Of a DNA stretch of 64,000 bases, positions 17,996-27,649 are shown piece by piece; within the stretch, counting starts at the first letter, position 1, and every line of letters starts with the position of its first letter. The stretch covers positions 3,149-67,148 of the forward strand of contig JAPPGU010000073.1 in assembly GCA_028821265.1 (NCBI GenBank), given 5' to 3'. The notes below the pieces were generated by a model. That model was not told the origin of the DNA. It worked only from the letters and a program-made list of their open reading frames with translations, and did not search any database. Source of the DNA: a bacterium. Lineage in GTDB: Bacteria > Actinomycetota > Acidimicrobiia > Spongiisociales > Spongiisociaceae. The translations under genes were made by a program, and so were the position numbers.

Positions 17996-19411
17996 ATGAA
18001 TCATGCGCTCAGCAGCGAAGAGACCCGGTCGGTGAAGGCGGATCGAGTCCGTCCGGGCTTGTTGGGCCTGGCGTTGGCGTCCATCATCTTGGCGGCGTGC
18101 GGGCCGGGGGATGATCCGTCGACACCGGGGGCTTCAGTCGTGTCGACCCTCTCCGGGACCACGGCTGGAACGATCGCGGCCTCGACCACACTGGCCCCGG
18201 TTGTCGGGACGGGCCCCGACGGCGTGTCCGCAGATGCGCGTTCCCTCGTTGACAGTTGGCTATCCGCGGTGTCGGAGTCTGGTGGCGCGTGGCCGGGCTA
18301 TGACCTTGCGAACATCCCCACGGTGCTGGTCTCGGTGGGTGTCGACGGGAGCGTTGAAGCTGTGGTGGCCTTCAACCACCCGAGTCCGGACGCTCTGGGA
18401 GACGCGATGCTCAACGTTGAGGTGGACGGCCATCGGGCGACGGTCGTCGGGGATCCAGCCGACCCGGAGAGGCTGGCTTCGATGGCGCCATTCGACTTCT
18501 TCGCGGACATCGGCGGTACGGAGACCTTCGTGCTGGTCGGGCAGCGGGGAGAGCCGGGCCGGGAGCCTGACACTCCGGGGTTCGTGGCGATGGTCGCCCA
18601 TGAGGCGTTCCACCGGTACCAGTTCGATCACTGGGTCCCCGGCGCGGCTGTCCAGGACGTGGAGGGATACGACTTCGGGGCGGAGAACCTCGAGTTGGTG
18701 CTCCTCGAGAACCGGATACTGGTCGCTGCCTACCAGGCACGGACGGTGGCGGAAACCGAGCGGCTGGCCCGCCAGTTCGCGGCGGTACGCGCCGCCCGGC
18801 ACGCGCGGGATCCCAGGGTTGCCCTCGACGAGGGGCAGGAACGGATGGAGGGGTCGGCCCGATGGATCGAGCACCGGATGGGCGACGCGATCGGGAATAC
18901 CTACTTCTCTACCAACCACACCAGCGAACTCGGCTACCTGGATGAGAGTATCGACGACCCTGGGGCGGTGCTGGGCAACGTCAAGTCGTTCTTCGGGTTC
19001 GGGCGCTTCTACAGCAGCGGCGCCACCGTGCTGGCTCTGCTCGAACGCCTCGGTGTGGCCGGCGCCGACGTTGCTGAACGGCTCGGGGATGGTGATACAC
19101 CTGCCCAGTTGCTGCAACAGCGCATCGCACCCCTAGGCAACCGTGACGAGTTGGTGGCGTCGGCCTGGGCGGAGCACGATCCGGATGGCCGGCTCGGCGC
19201 GGCCGCGGCAGTCCTCGCCGAGTTGGCTGCCGGCGAAGGGGAAGCCGACTTCGGCGCCGGTGACGTTCCTGCCGAGACGCTCGGGCCCGGGTTCGAGGTC
19301 GGTGATGACCAGATCGCGTGCCTCGAGGAACACGGGCTCGACCTGAGCGCCGACAGCGTCACGATCCCCGACGACATCGCCGCTGCCTGCTTCGGCGACC
19401 CGGCCTCCTGA
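17996..19411 (+). CDS. Putative secreted lipoprotein with HExxH motif (uncharacterised metalloprotease-like)
   Basis: Lipobox-like signal LALASIILAAC, a Thr/Ala-rich linker, and the MVAHEAFHRYQ motif. I do not confidently recognise any family. Confidence 0.5.
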   Translation: MNHALSSEETRSVKADRVRPGLLGLALASIILAACGPGDDPSTPGASVVSTLSGTTAGTIAASTTLAPVVGTGPDGVSADARSLVDSWLSAVSESGGAWPGYDLANIPTVLVSVGVDGSVEAVVAFNHPSPDALGDAMLNVEVDGHRATVVGDPADPERLASMAPFDFFADIGGTETFVLVGQRGEPGREPDTPGFVAMVAHEAFHRYQFDHWVPGAAVQDVEGYDFGAENLELVLLENRILVAAYQARTVAETERLARQFAAVRAARHARDPRVALDEGQERMEGSARWIEHRMGDAIGNTYFSTNHTSELGYLDESIDDPGAVLGNVKSFFGFGRFYSSGATVLALLERLGVAGADVAERLGDGDTPAQLLQQRIAPLGNRDELVASAWAEHDPDGRLGAAAAVLAELAAGEGEADFGAGDVPAETLGPGFEVGDDQIACLEEHGLDLSADSVTIPDDIAAACFGDPAS

Positions 19412-19564
19412 CAGTCCACTACCGACGGCGGTCTCCGGTCCCGAGCGGAGGCGGCCTTGTCCGTCCCCAGCCGAAAAAGGCTGGCGCGCTGTCACTCGGC
19501 AGGCTATTTTTCTCGAAGCGGGCAGAACGAGCTCGAGGCTTTGACCGATCGAAGGAGGTCGCTT

Positions 19565-20935
19565 TTGGTACCAAAGTCCAACCGCCCCCACGAATTCACC
19601 CGCCGCCAGTTCCTTGGCGGAGGCTCCGCACTCATGGCCTTTGCCGCTATGGGAGGTCTGTCCGCGTTAGTGGCGGCCTGCGGCGGGGGTGATCCGATCG
19701 ATGAGGGCGCCGAGCCCGGTACCGACTTCACCGGCAACCTGGGCGTCCTGATCGGAACGCACATGGATCCGGTCAAGGCTCTCCTCGAGCAGCACCAGGC
19801 TTCGGTGGGGTTCGCTCCTACCATCGAGGAGGTCACCACCCCCGACCTCCGGAGCAAGCTCACCACCTCCTTCCTGGCGCAGAGCTCCCCCTGGGACGCG
19901 GTCTTCGTCACCGCCGAGCTCGGGGCCGAGCTGGGCACGCGGGGCTGGCTGACCAACGCCAGCATCTTCATGGACGACAACGTCCGGACCGAGAGCGACC
20001 TGCTCACCCGGGGTCTCGGAGCGGTCGAGCTGGGCGACAACACCCTGGCGGCCCCGTGGACCATGGGAAGCCAGCTCCTCCATTGGAACAAGCAGATGAT
20101 GGAGCAGGCGGGTCTCGATCCGGATGCCCCGACCAACTGGCATGCCACGCCGAACTCCTGGGATACCTTCGTGGAGTACGCCAAGGCCATGACCGGCGAG
20201 CGGGACGGTACCCAGTACTACGGCTACACCGACGCCTGGGCCGGCGCCCATGTCCTCTGGACGTGGGGCGGGATGCTCAACATGCATGGCGGCAGCTTCC
20301 TGGACGAGGAGCAGCAGCCCAACTGGAACTCCGAGGAAGGCGTGGAGGCCCTGCAGAAGCTCTACGACCTCTTGCATACCCATCAGGTGGTCGATCCGGC
20401 CGTCACCACCTATACGTGGGTGTTCGACGCCACTCCGGGGTTCTTCGAGGGCACTCGGGGCATGTTCATCTCCTGGCCGTTCGTGGCGGGAGTCGCGGCC
20501 ATTCCGGAGGCCTCGCAGATCGCAGGTCATAGCGCCTTCGCCCCCAACCCGGCGGTGGTCACCAGCGGTTCGGTGGACGGATCCGAGTTCTTCGGCGTTC
20601 CGGTTTACGCCGAGAACAAGGACGAGGCTTGGCGCCTGCTCGAGTTCATCACTTCCCGCGAAGGCCAGCGGGTGGTGGCCATGGGCGGATGGGGATCCAT
20701 CTACTCGGGTGTGCTGCAGGAGCCGGACATCGTGGAGGCCTTCCCGTTCTACCCGGCTCTCGCCAAGGCATACGAGTATCCGGTGGACGGCGGGTGGTCC
20801 GAGGATCGTCCCCGCTGGACCCAGATGCTGGCCGACGAGATCCATGAGGTACTGGCCGGCAACAAATCACCCAAGCAGGCGCTGGACGACGCGGCCGCGG
20901 CCGCCACCGCGGCCCGGAGGCAGGACGAGGAGTAG
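19565..20935 (+). CDS. Sugar-type (family 1) ABC transporter substrate-binding lipoprotein with Tat-like signal
   Basis: RRQFLGGGSALMAFAAMGGLSALVAAC signal. Trp/aromatic-rich family-1 SBP features. I chose TTG 19565, 6 nt after AGGAGG; the track ORF starts at 19457. Confidence 0.8.
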   Translation: MVPKSNRPHEFTRRQFLGGGSALMAFAAMGGLSALVAACGGGDPIDEGAEPGTDFTGNLGVLIGTHMDPVKALLEQHQASVGFAPTIEEVTTPDLRSKLTTSFLAQSSPWDAVFVTAELGAELGTRGWLTNASIFMDDNVRTESDLLTRGLGAVELGDNTLAAPWTMGSQLLHWNKQMMEQAGLDPDAPTNWHATPNSWDTFVEYAKAMTGERDGTQYYGYTDAWAGAHVLWTWGGMLNMHGGSFLDEEQQPNWNSEEGVEALQKLYDLLHTHQVVDPAVTTYTWVFDATPGFFEGTRGMFISWPFVAGVAAIPEASQIAGHSAFAPNPAVVTSGSVDGSEFFGVPVYAENKDEAWRLLEFITSREGQRVVAMGGWGSIYSGVLQEPDIVEAFPFYPALAKAYEYPVDGGWSEDRPRWTQMLADEIHEVLAGNKSPKQALDDAAAAATAARRQDEE

Positions 20936-20956
20936 ACTCTCGCTCCTCCTCACGAC

Positions 20957-21883
20957 ATGACTGGAGAAGTCCGGGCGGAGGAAACAATCCGGACAGGAAA
21001 TCGCCGGGGTCGCCGGGCAGCAATTGCCCTGGTGGCCCCGGCGGTGTTGATCGTGGCCGGCGTGTACGCCTACCCGGCCATCACCACGGTCGCATACAGC
21101 TTATCGGACATCGACCTTTCCCCCCGGTTCCGGATCGTCCGGTTTACCGGCCTCGACAACTTCTTCAACCAGCTCGGGAGCGGGGCGTTCTGGGAGTCCG
21201 CCTGGACGACCCTCTACTTCGGGGTGATGCTCTGCCTGGTCACGGTGGTCCTGTCGTTCGCCATCGCCCTCCTGCTCAACAAGACCTTCCTGGGACGGGG
21301 CCTGGTCCGGGTGACCGTGCTCCTGCCCTGGGCGGTCCCGCCGGTGGCCTCCGGGGTGCTCTGGGTGCAGATGTTCCACGCCGAGTTCGGCTTCCTGAAC
21401 GGGTTGATCAGAGCGTTCGGCGGCGAGGGGGACATCATCTGGCTGGGTGGGCAGACCATTGCCCTGCATTCGGTGTTGATCGCCGAGGTGTGGCGCTGGA
21501 TTCCCTTCGCCACCATCTTCCTGCTGGCCGGCCTCCAGATCGTCCCCCGAACCGTCAAGGAGGCTGCCGCCATCGATGGCGCTGGATCGTGGCGGACGCT
21601 GCGGCACATAACGCTGCCGCTCATGCTGCCGGTCGTCATACCGGTGGTGATCTTCCTGTTCGTCTGGGCGATGAAGGTGTTCGACACCATCTTCGTCCTG
21701 ACCAGGGGAGGACCCAGCCGGGCCACCACCACCCTGAACTTTCTGGTCTACCGTCAGGGTTTCGAGCAGTTCGACTTCGGGAGCGCGGCGGCGACGGCCT
21801 ACCTGCTCTCGGCGCTGACGGTGCTCGCCATCGCCGGGCTGGGCTGGATGCTGGTCCGTGCCCGAAGGCTGGCGGGGGCGTGA
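20957..21883 (+). CDS. ABC transporter permease (MalF/UgpA-like)
   Basis: 308 aa, six hydrophobic helices, and an EAA-type loop (KEAAAIDGAGSWRTLRHITLP). Confidence 0.85.
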   Translation: MTGEVRAEETIRTGNRRGRRAAIALVAPAVLIVAGVYAYPAITTVAYSLSDIDLSPRFRIVRFTGLDNFFNQLGSGAFWESAWTTLYFGVMLCLVTVVLSFAIALLLNKTFLGRGLVRVTVLLPWAVPPVASGVLWVQMFHAEFGFLNGLIRAFGGEGDIIWLGGQTIALHSVLIAEVWRWIPFATIFLLAGLQIVPRTVKEAAAIDGAGSWRTLRHITLPLMLPVVIPVVIFLFVWAMKVFDTIFVLTRGGPSRATTTLNFLVYRQGFEQFDFGSAAATAYLLSALTVLAIAGLGWMLVRARRLAGA

Positions 21884-21885
21884 CC

Positions 21886-22728
21886 ATGGTCGGAGCCGCT
21901 CCGGGCCGGGTCGTCCGCCGGGCCGCAACGTATGTCGGGGCGGCGGTGGTGCTCATCGTGATGGCGTTCCCTCTCTACGGGATAATCCTCACCAGCACCC
22001 AGACCGAGCGGGACATCCGTTCGGCTGACGTGGCGTTCGTCCCCACCTACATCACCACCGAGCACTACACCCGGATCTTCTCCGCCTCGTCCGGCGTCCC
22101 GGTTGCCGAGTCGATGGTCAACAGCCTGGTCGTGGCGATCGCTACCGCCGTGGTGACCGTGGCCATCGCGGTGCCCGCCGCCTACGCCCTCAACCGCATG
22201 CGGGTGCCGGGCCGCCGCCTGATCCTGGGTGGTTTCGCGGCCATCTACGTGTTGCCCACGCTCCTCTTCATCATGCCGCTCTTCATCACGGTGGTGCAGC
22301 TGGGCCTGCGCGACACCTACGTCGGCCTGGTCCTGCCTTACGTGGCCTTCACCCTCCCGTTCATGGTCTGGATCATGGGATCGTTCGTGCGGGCCATCCC
22401 CGTCTCGGTGGAGGAGATGGCTCTGATCGACGGCGCCGGCCTGGCCCAGCTGATCCTCCGCATCGTCCTGCCCTTACTCAGGCCCGGGATCTTCGCCGGG
22501 TTGCTCCTGGGGTTCGTGCTGGCCTGGATAGAGTTCCTGACCCCGCTGCTCTTCACGTCCAACCTGTCGATGATGACCGTCACGCTGGGCTTGTTCCGCT
22601 CTACGATGGATATCGAGATCGGGCAGTTGGCGGCGGCCACCGTGATGACCGCGCTGCCGGTGATCCTCATCACGGCCTTTTTCCAGCGGAACATCACCGA
22701 GGTCATCACTGCGGGGGTGGAACGATGA
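21886..22728 (+). CDS. ABC transporter permease (MalG/UgpE-like)
   Basis: The ATG at 21886 lies 2 nt after the upstream stop. EAA-type loop (EEMALIDGAGLAQLILRIVLP). The upstream part of the track ORF (21490..) overlaps the previous gene and is rejected. Confidence 0.85.
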   Translation: MVGAAPGRVVRRAATYVGAAVVLIVMAFPLYGIILTSTQTERDIRSADVAFVPTYITTEHYTRIFSASSGVPVAESMVNSLVVAIATAVVTVAIAVPAAYALNRMRVPGRRLILGGFAAIYVLPTLLFIMPLFITVVQLGLRDTYVGLVLPYVAFTLPFMVWIMGSFVRAIPVSVEEMALIDGAGLAQLILRIVLPLLRPGIFAGLLLGFVLAWIEFLTPLLFTSNLSMMTVTLGLFRSTMDIEIGQLAAATVMTALPVILITAFFQRNITEVITAGVER

Positions 22729-22774
22729 GCCGCCGGTCGGACCGGCTCGACCCGAACGAAGGGAGGCATGGCAG

Positions 22775-23542
22775 ATGCCGAACCAGATAGACGTGGTGAT
22801 ACAGCCGGTGGTGCTGAGGTTCAGCCTGCTGGACGACGAGGTGGTGTACCACTTCGCCGCCGACACCGACGCGGTGCTGGACCGCATGGAGCGGATGATG
22901 GGCATCGACCCGGCCGAATCCAGCCTGTTCGACTCCAACCTGGGCTTCCTGCCGGTGTCCACCACCGTGCTGGTCCGGGGCCCGAAGACCGTCCTGGTGG
23001 ACCCGGGCAACCATCACACCGGTTTCTACGGCCAGCTCGGTATCGGCCTGGCCCGTTTCGGGGTCACACCCGCCGACGTCGACTACGTGGTTTGTACCCA
23101 CTGCCATCACGACCACATGGGCAGCGCCTTCCGGATTCCCGGCGCCGACCTGGTTATGGGCCAGGGGGAGGTCGACTTCTGCGAGGAGATCTACGGGCCG
23201 GAGGAGACCGAGCGGCGGCTGGCCGTCATGGGCGACCTGATCGAGGTGCCGCGCGGCGGCGAGCTGGAGATCATGCCCGGCCTGGTGGCTATCTCGACCC
23301 CGGGACACACCCCCGGCCACATCAGCGTGATGGCCGAGTCGGAGTCGGGGGAGCGGGTCCTGGTGGCCGGTGACACGGTCATGACCCGCCGCGAGTATTC
23401 GGAGCGGTCCTTCTCGCATTGGTATACCGACGACCAACTCCGGGGGCTGAACGCCAGCCTCGACCGGATCCAGTCGTTGGCGCCCACCCGGGTGATGCCC
23501 GGCCACGACCGGGTCTTCGCCCCTGCCGGGGATCTGTCGTGA
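22775..23542 (+). CDS. MBL-fold metallo-hydrolase (lactonase-like)
   Basis: 255 aa. HxHxDH motif CTHCHHDHMG, and a downstream GHTPGH. Confidence 0.8.
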   Translation: MPNQIDVVIQPVVLRFSLLDDEVVYHFAADTDAVLDRMERMMGIDPAESSLFDSNLGFLPVSTTVLVRGPKTVLVDPGNHHTGFYGQLGIGLARFGVTPADVDYVVCTHCHHDHMGSAFRIPGADLVMGQGEVDFCEEIYGPEETERRLAVMGDLIEVPRGGELEIMPGLVAISTPGHTPGHISVMAESESGERVLVAGDTVMTRREYSERSFSHWYTDDQLRGLNASLDRIQSLAPTRVMPGHDRVFAPAGDLS

Positions 23543-24549
23543 ACCGGTTACGCACCGCCGTGGTCGGGACGGGGATGATCGGCTCGCTCCACGCCCGCAT
23601 CTACGCCGAGCATCCGCTGGCCGAACTTGTGGGGGTGGTCGACGCCAGCGCGGACGCGGCCCGGACGGTGGGGGAGCAGCTCGGCGTCCCCTGGTTCACC
23701 GAGGTCACCGACCTGCTGGAGGGGTGCGATCTCGCCGCCGCGTCCGTCTCCGTGCCGGAGCACCATCGCTATCCGATCGCCATGCAGCTGGCGAGGGCCG
23801 GAAAGCACCTGTTGCTGGAGAAGCCCCTGGCGCCCTCGCTGGCCGGCGCCGACCGCCTGATCAAAGATCTCGAGGAGACCGGAGTGCTGACCATGGTCAA
23901 CTTCATCCTGCGCTTCGATCCCCGCTACTCGGAGGCCAAGGCCGCGGTCGCCTCAGGGCGCATGGGTGATGTCCATACCATCTTCGCGCGCCGGCGCGGT
24001 TCGTCCCTGGGCGCCGACATCTACGGTGTCTGGACCGATCTGCTGATCTCCACCGGCATCCACGACCTGGACGTGATGGCCTGGCTGGCGGATTCCCCGG
24101 TTACCAGGGTGTATGCGGAGACCATCTCCCGCCGGTCGGCTCCCTACGGGCATGATGACGCGGCCATGGTCCTGGTGCGGTTCGAGAACGGCGTGATCGG
24201 TTCGCTCGAGATCAGCTGGGTGCTGCCGCCCACCATCCCGGCCCTGCTGGACGCGTCCCTCCAGCTGGTCGGGACCGGTGGAGGGGTGTTCGTGGACGGG
24301 TCGAATCACGGCCTGGCCATAGCGGACCGCGAGGGGTTCACGCATCCAGACCTGACCCATTGGCCCGTGAGCCGTGATCAGGTGAGTGGTGACCTGGCGG
24401 GCTCACTGGATCACTTCATCCGGGCGGTGCTGGATGGCCGCCCTCCGGAGGTGACGCTCGAGATGGCTCGTAACGCCCACGCCATCGTGGACGCGGCCAA
24501 GCGCTCGGCGGAGTCGAACCAGCCCGTGTCGCTCACGCCGCCGGGCTGA
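23539..24549 (+). CDS. Gfo/Idh/MocA family oxidoreductase
   Basis: The N-terminal Rossmann LRTAVVGTGMIGSLHARIY and the EKP motif (LLLEKPLA). The GTG start overlaps the upstream stop (GTGA). Confidence 0.8.
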   Translation: MNRLRTAVVGTGMIGSLHARIYAEHPLAELVGVVDASADAARTVGEQLGVPWFTEVTDLLEGCDLAAASVSVPEHHRYPIAMQLARAGKHLLLEKPLAPSLAGADRLIKDLEETGVLTMVNFILRFDPRYSEAKAAVASGRMGDVHTIFARRRGSSLGADIYGVWTDLLISTGIHDLDVMAWLADSPVTRVYAETISRRSAPYGHDDAAMVLVRFENGVIGSLEISWVLPPTIPALLDASLQLVGTGGGVFVDGSNHGLAIADREGFTHPDLTHWPVSRDQVSGDLAGSLDHFIRAVLDGRPPEVTLEMARNAHAIVDAAKRSAESNQPVSLTPPG

Positions 24550-24553
24550 TCTG

Positions 24554-26017
24554 GTGGCGGGTCCCCGCATCGGGGTGGCATCCCTGGTCCAGGAGACCAA
24601 CACGTTCAGTCCCAAGCCGACGGTCCGGGAGGACTACACCATCCTGGAGGGCGAGGACGCGCTCCGGACCCTGGCCGGAACCAACACGGAGTTCGCCGGT
24701 GCGGTAGCCCGGCTGGAGGAGATGGGCGCCGACGTGGCCCCGTTGCTGGCCGGGTGGGCTCTGCCCTCGGGTCGCGTCACGGAGAAGACGTTCGAGCACC
24801 TGGCCGGGCTGCTGGACCGGGAACTGGACCGAGCCCTGCCCCTGGACGGGCTGGTGCTGTCGCTCCACGGTGCGATGGTGGCCGGATCGATCCTCGACGC
24901 CGACGCAGCCCTGATCGAGGTGGTGCGCCGCCGGATCGGGTCAGTACCGCTCGGGGTCTGCCTGGACCTCCACGCCAACGTGACGGAGCAAATGGTCGAG
25001 CTCGCCGACATCCTGGTCGGGTACCACACGGAGCCACATGTCGACATGGCTTCGACGGGTGAGCGGATCGCCCGCCTGGTGGTCATGACGGTCCGGGGCG
25101 AGGTCGTGCCGGCCATGGCCCTGGCCAAGCGGCCCATGCTGGTCCCGGCGGAGGGCATGCGAACCGACATCGGGCCCATGTCAGAGGTTCGAAGCCTGGC
25201 CGACTCCCTGACCGAGGGCCCCGTCCTGGACGTGTCGTTGTTCCCGGTCCAGCCCTGGCTCGACGTTCCCGAGCTCGGGCTGGGCGTGCTGGTTGTCACC
25301 GATGGCGACCCGACGGGCGCCCGCTCGCTGGCCGAGCAACTCGCCGACGAGGTGTGGCGCAGGCGCGACCGGATGACCACGCCGCGCCTGATGGTTCCGG
25401 AAGAGGCTTTCCAGGCCGTCCGTGAATCGGATTGCCGACCCTTCGTCATGGCCCATACCGCTGATTGCCCGACCGCAGGAGCACCCGGAGACGATGCCGT
25501 GATGGTGACCGAGGCGGCCCGCCACGCCCCCGATCTGGTCGTGCTCCATTCGGTTGTCGACCCCGAGGCCTCCCGGCGGTGCCGTACCGAGGTGGGACGG
25601 TCGGTCCGGCTTCCGGTCGGAGGCGTTTTCGAGAGCTCTGCGGCGCCGGTCGAGGTCGAGGGCGTCGTCACCGCGGCCGGCTCGGGCGCCTACCGGCTTA
25701 CCGGGCGATCCTTCACCGGACGGCAGGTATCGATGGGCGAGTGGGCCGTGATCACCACCGGCAACCATCACCTACTCGTCAGCTCAGCCCCTTCGATCAC
25801 GGCCGATCCCGCCACCTGGCGACATGCCGGGCTCGAGCCGGACCGGGCGGATGTGCTCATCGTGCGGTCCTGCAGCGACTACCGGGCCAACTTCCCCGGA
25901 TCGGCGCCGGAGGCCGTCAACCTCGACCTACCCGGTCCGAGCACCCCCAGGCTGGAGCAGCTGGAGTTCCGGCACGCGCCGAGGCCCCTGTACCCGCACG
26001 ACCGGGCGGCGATGTGA
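24554..26017 (+). CDS. M81 family metallopeptidase (MlrC/DUF1485-like)
   Basis: 487 aa. The N-terminus RIGVASLVQETNTFSP is characteristic of the MlrC N-terminal domain. The length fits. Confidence 0.7.
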   Translation: MAGPRIGVASLVQETNTFSPKPTVREDYTILEGEDALRTLAGTNTEFAGAVARLEEMGADVAPLLAGWALPSGRVTEKTFEHLAGLLDRELDRALPLDGLVLSLHGAMVAGSILDADAALIEVVRRRIGSVPLGVCLDLHANVTEQMVELADILVGYHTEPHVDMASTGERIARLVVMTVRGEVVPAMALAKRPMLVPAEGMRTDIGPMSEVRSLADSLTEGPVLDVSLFPVQPWLDVPELGLGVLVVTDGDPTGARSLAEQLADEVWRRRDRMTTPRLMVPEEAFQAVRESDCRPFVMAHTADCPTAGAPGDDAVMVTEAARHAPDLVVLHSVVDPEASRRCRTEVGRSVRLPVGGVFESSAAPVEVEGVVTAAGSGAYRLTGRSFTGRQVSMGEWAVITTGNHHLLVSSAPSITADPATWRHAGLEPDRADVLIVRSCSDYRANFPGSAPEAVNLDLPGPSTPRLEQLEFRHAPRPLYPHDRAAM

Positions 26018-27279
26018 CGGGTTCGATGCCGGATGCCGGCGGCGCGCCGATGCCTGCCGAACAGGAGGTACTCGCCTTCCTCCAGGCCACCGCCGACGAT
26101 CAGCTGGCCTTCGCACGCCGCCTCATCGCCACGCCCAGCCCTACACCACCCGGCGACGAGCGCGCGGTGGCCCGGCTAGTCCGGGAGAGGCTGACGGAGC
26201 TAGGGGTCCGGGACATCACCGTGCTGAGCGCCGAGCCATCCCGCCCCAACCTGATGGTCCGCATTCCCGGCCACGGCCCGGGCAAGACCCTGATCCTGTC
26301 CGGTCACCTTGACACCAAACCTCCGGGCGACCTGTCCCGCTGGCGGGTATATCCGTACGACGCGGCCGTCTTCGGCGGTGTGCTCCACGGCCTGGGATCG
26401 GGGGACATGAAGGCCGCCCTCGCCGCCATGGTCTACGCCGGAGCGGCCCTGGCCCAGGTCGGCGGCTGGGCCGGCGAGTTGAGTCTGGTCCTGACCGCGG
26501 ACGAGGAGGGAGGTTCGACCCTGGGTTCGAAGTGGCTCGCCGAGCAGGGTCACCTGGAGGCCGACGCCGCCATCATCGGGGAGCCGTGCGGCGTGACCAG
26601 GGAATGGGAGAGCATCGGTGTCGTCTCCCGCGGGTCTGCCCTCTTCGACATCGAGGTGACGGGAACCCAGATGCACTCGAGCGTGTCCGATCGCTTCGAT
26701 CCGGTCAACGCCACCGTCGAGATGGCTTGGCTCATCGCCAAGATGCATGGGGAACTGCTCGACCGCCTCACCTACCGGCCCTACCGCGTGGGCGGCACGC
26801 GGCCGACCGTGAACATCGGAGTGATGGTCGAGGGAGGGGTCTTCTACGGGGTCTACCCGGGCAAGGCCCGGTTTTCCTCGGATATCCGCCTGGTGCCAGG
26901 GATGGCCGAAGAGAGCATCACGGCCGACCTGGAGGGCTTCCTGGATCGGGCTATGGCCGAGAATCCCCGCCTGGAAGCCACCCTCAAGATGGTGGGTTGC
27001 AGCGAGGCCACCGAGATTCCGTCCGGGCACCCGGCGGTGACCGCCCTCCAGGACGCCTCCCATCGGGTACTCGGCAAGCGTGTGGAGCCGGCTGTCTTTC
27101 CAGGCGCCACCGACGCGCTCAGCTTCCAAGGCATCGCCGGCATCCCCACGGTGGCAGCCTTCGGACCCGGCCTGGTACCACGGGCGCACGCCCCCAACGA
27201 ACGCCTGGCCATGTACGGCGTCAACCAGGCCGCCCGCATCTACGCCCTAGCCGCCGTGCGCTTTCTGGCTAGTTGTTAG
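26014..27279 (+). CDS. M20 family metallopeptidase (ArgE/DapE/acetylornithine deacetylase-like)
   Basis: LILSGHLDTKPPGD, GLGSGDMKAALAAM and LTADEEGGS motifs. The start is either GTG 26014 (GTGA overlap) or ATG 26026. The long upstream extension of the track ORF (25465..) overlaps the M81 gene and is rejected. Confidence 0.8.
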   Translation: MTGSMPDAGGAPMPAEQEVLAFLQATADDQLAFARRLIATPSPTPPGDERAVARLVRERLTELGVRDITVLSAEPSRPNLMVRIPGHGPGKTLILSGHLDTKPPGDLSRWRVYPYDAAVFGGVLHGLGSGDMKAALAAMVYAGAALAQVGGWAGELSLVLTADEEGGSTLGSKWLAEQGHLEADAAIIGEPCGVTREWESIGVVSRGSALFDIEVTGTQMHSSVSDRFDPVNATVEMAWLIAKMHGELLDRLTYRPYRVGGTRPTVNIGVMVEGGVFYGVYPGKARFSSDIRLVPGMAEESITADLEGFLDRAMAENPRLEATLKMVGCSEATEIPSGHPAVTALQDASHRVLGKRVEPAVFPGATDALSFQGIAGIPTVAAFGPGLVPRAHAPNERLAMYGVNQAARIYALAAVRFLASC

Positions 27280-27333
27280 GTTTTCGATGTTCGGTGCTAA
27301 TAACTAGTGTATAATAGGATGTTACGGACTACT

Positions 27334-27388
27334 GGATACTGCTACGGTTTCCCGTTTCCCGGCACGGTTCAGGGGGAAACTGGTATCC
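27334..27388 (+). promoter_or_regulatory. Structured leader: outer stem GGATAC/GTATCC enclosing a duplicated GTTTCCC-GTTTCCC that can pair alternatively with a single GGGAAAC
   Basis: Read from the sequence, in the AT-rich spacer downstream of a TATAAT box (27310..27315) and about 20 nt upstream of the SD of the 77-aa ORF. Confidence 0.4.
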
Positions 27389-27415
27389 TGTCGCCACTCA
27401 GGCACGGAAGGAGGC

Positions 27416-27649
27416 GTGGTGAACCTGCGGCGATTCTTCCGTCTCCTGCTGGACGTCATCCGTATTCTGCTGGGCAAGAACCGGCGGCCACCGGTCGGGA
27501 GCGTGGATGACTCGCTAGCCAGGACCGCTAAGGATGCCGTGCATCTCGGAGGCCCCAGAGGCTATGGGTTCTCGCCTACCTCGAAGGTCTACGAGCACAT
27601 CGAGAAGGGCCACAAGAACTACGCGAAGTCGTTCGAGAGGAAAGGCTAG
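27416..27649 (+). CDS. Small hypothetical protein (about 76-77 aa) with an N-terminal amphipathic/hydrophobic helix and a Lys-rich tail
   Basis: GGAAGGAGG SD immediately upstream; GTG 27416 or 27419 is the start. Third-codon positions are mostly G/C, as in neighbouring genes. I recognise no family. Confidence 0.45.
   Translation: MVNLRRFFRLLLDVIRILLGKNRRPPVGSVDDSLARTAKDAVHLGGPRGYGFSPTSKVYEHIEKGHKNYAKSFERKG

Noticed and set aside
25465-26013. 5' extensions of track ORFs that overlap the preceding gene. Examples: the M20 ORF from 25465, the permease from 21490, Gfo/Idh/MocA from 23419, UbiD from 31054, the BMP SBP from 32510, the ATPase from 35808, MFS from 28943, the amidohydrolase from 43696, MBL from 42128, ADH from 54118.
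   Set aside because: In each case a start codon with an SD or a start-stop overlap sits right at the end of the upstream gene. The conserved family N-terminus begins there, and the extensions are low-complexity.
27281-27320. The two AT-rich junctions (27281..27320 and 56600..56696) as the borders of a single 29-kb genomic island, because both contain TAACTAG.
   Set aside because: The shared 7-mer is too short to be significant. There are no direct repeats, no integrase and no tRNA target, and the gene content and composition between the junctions match the flanks.
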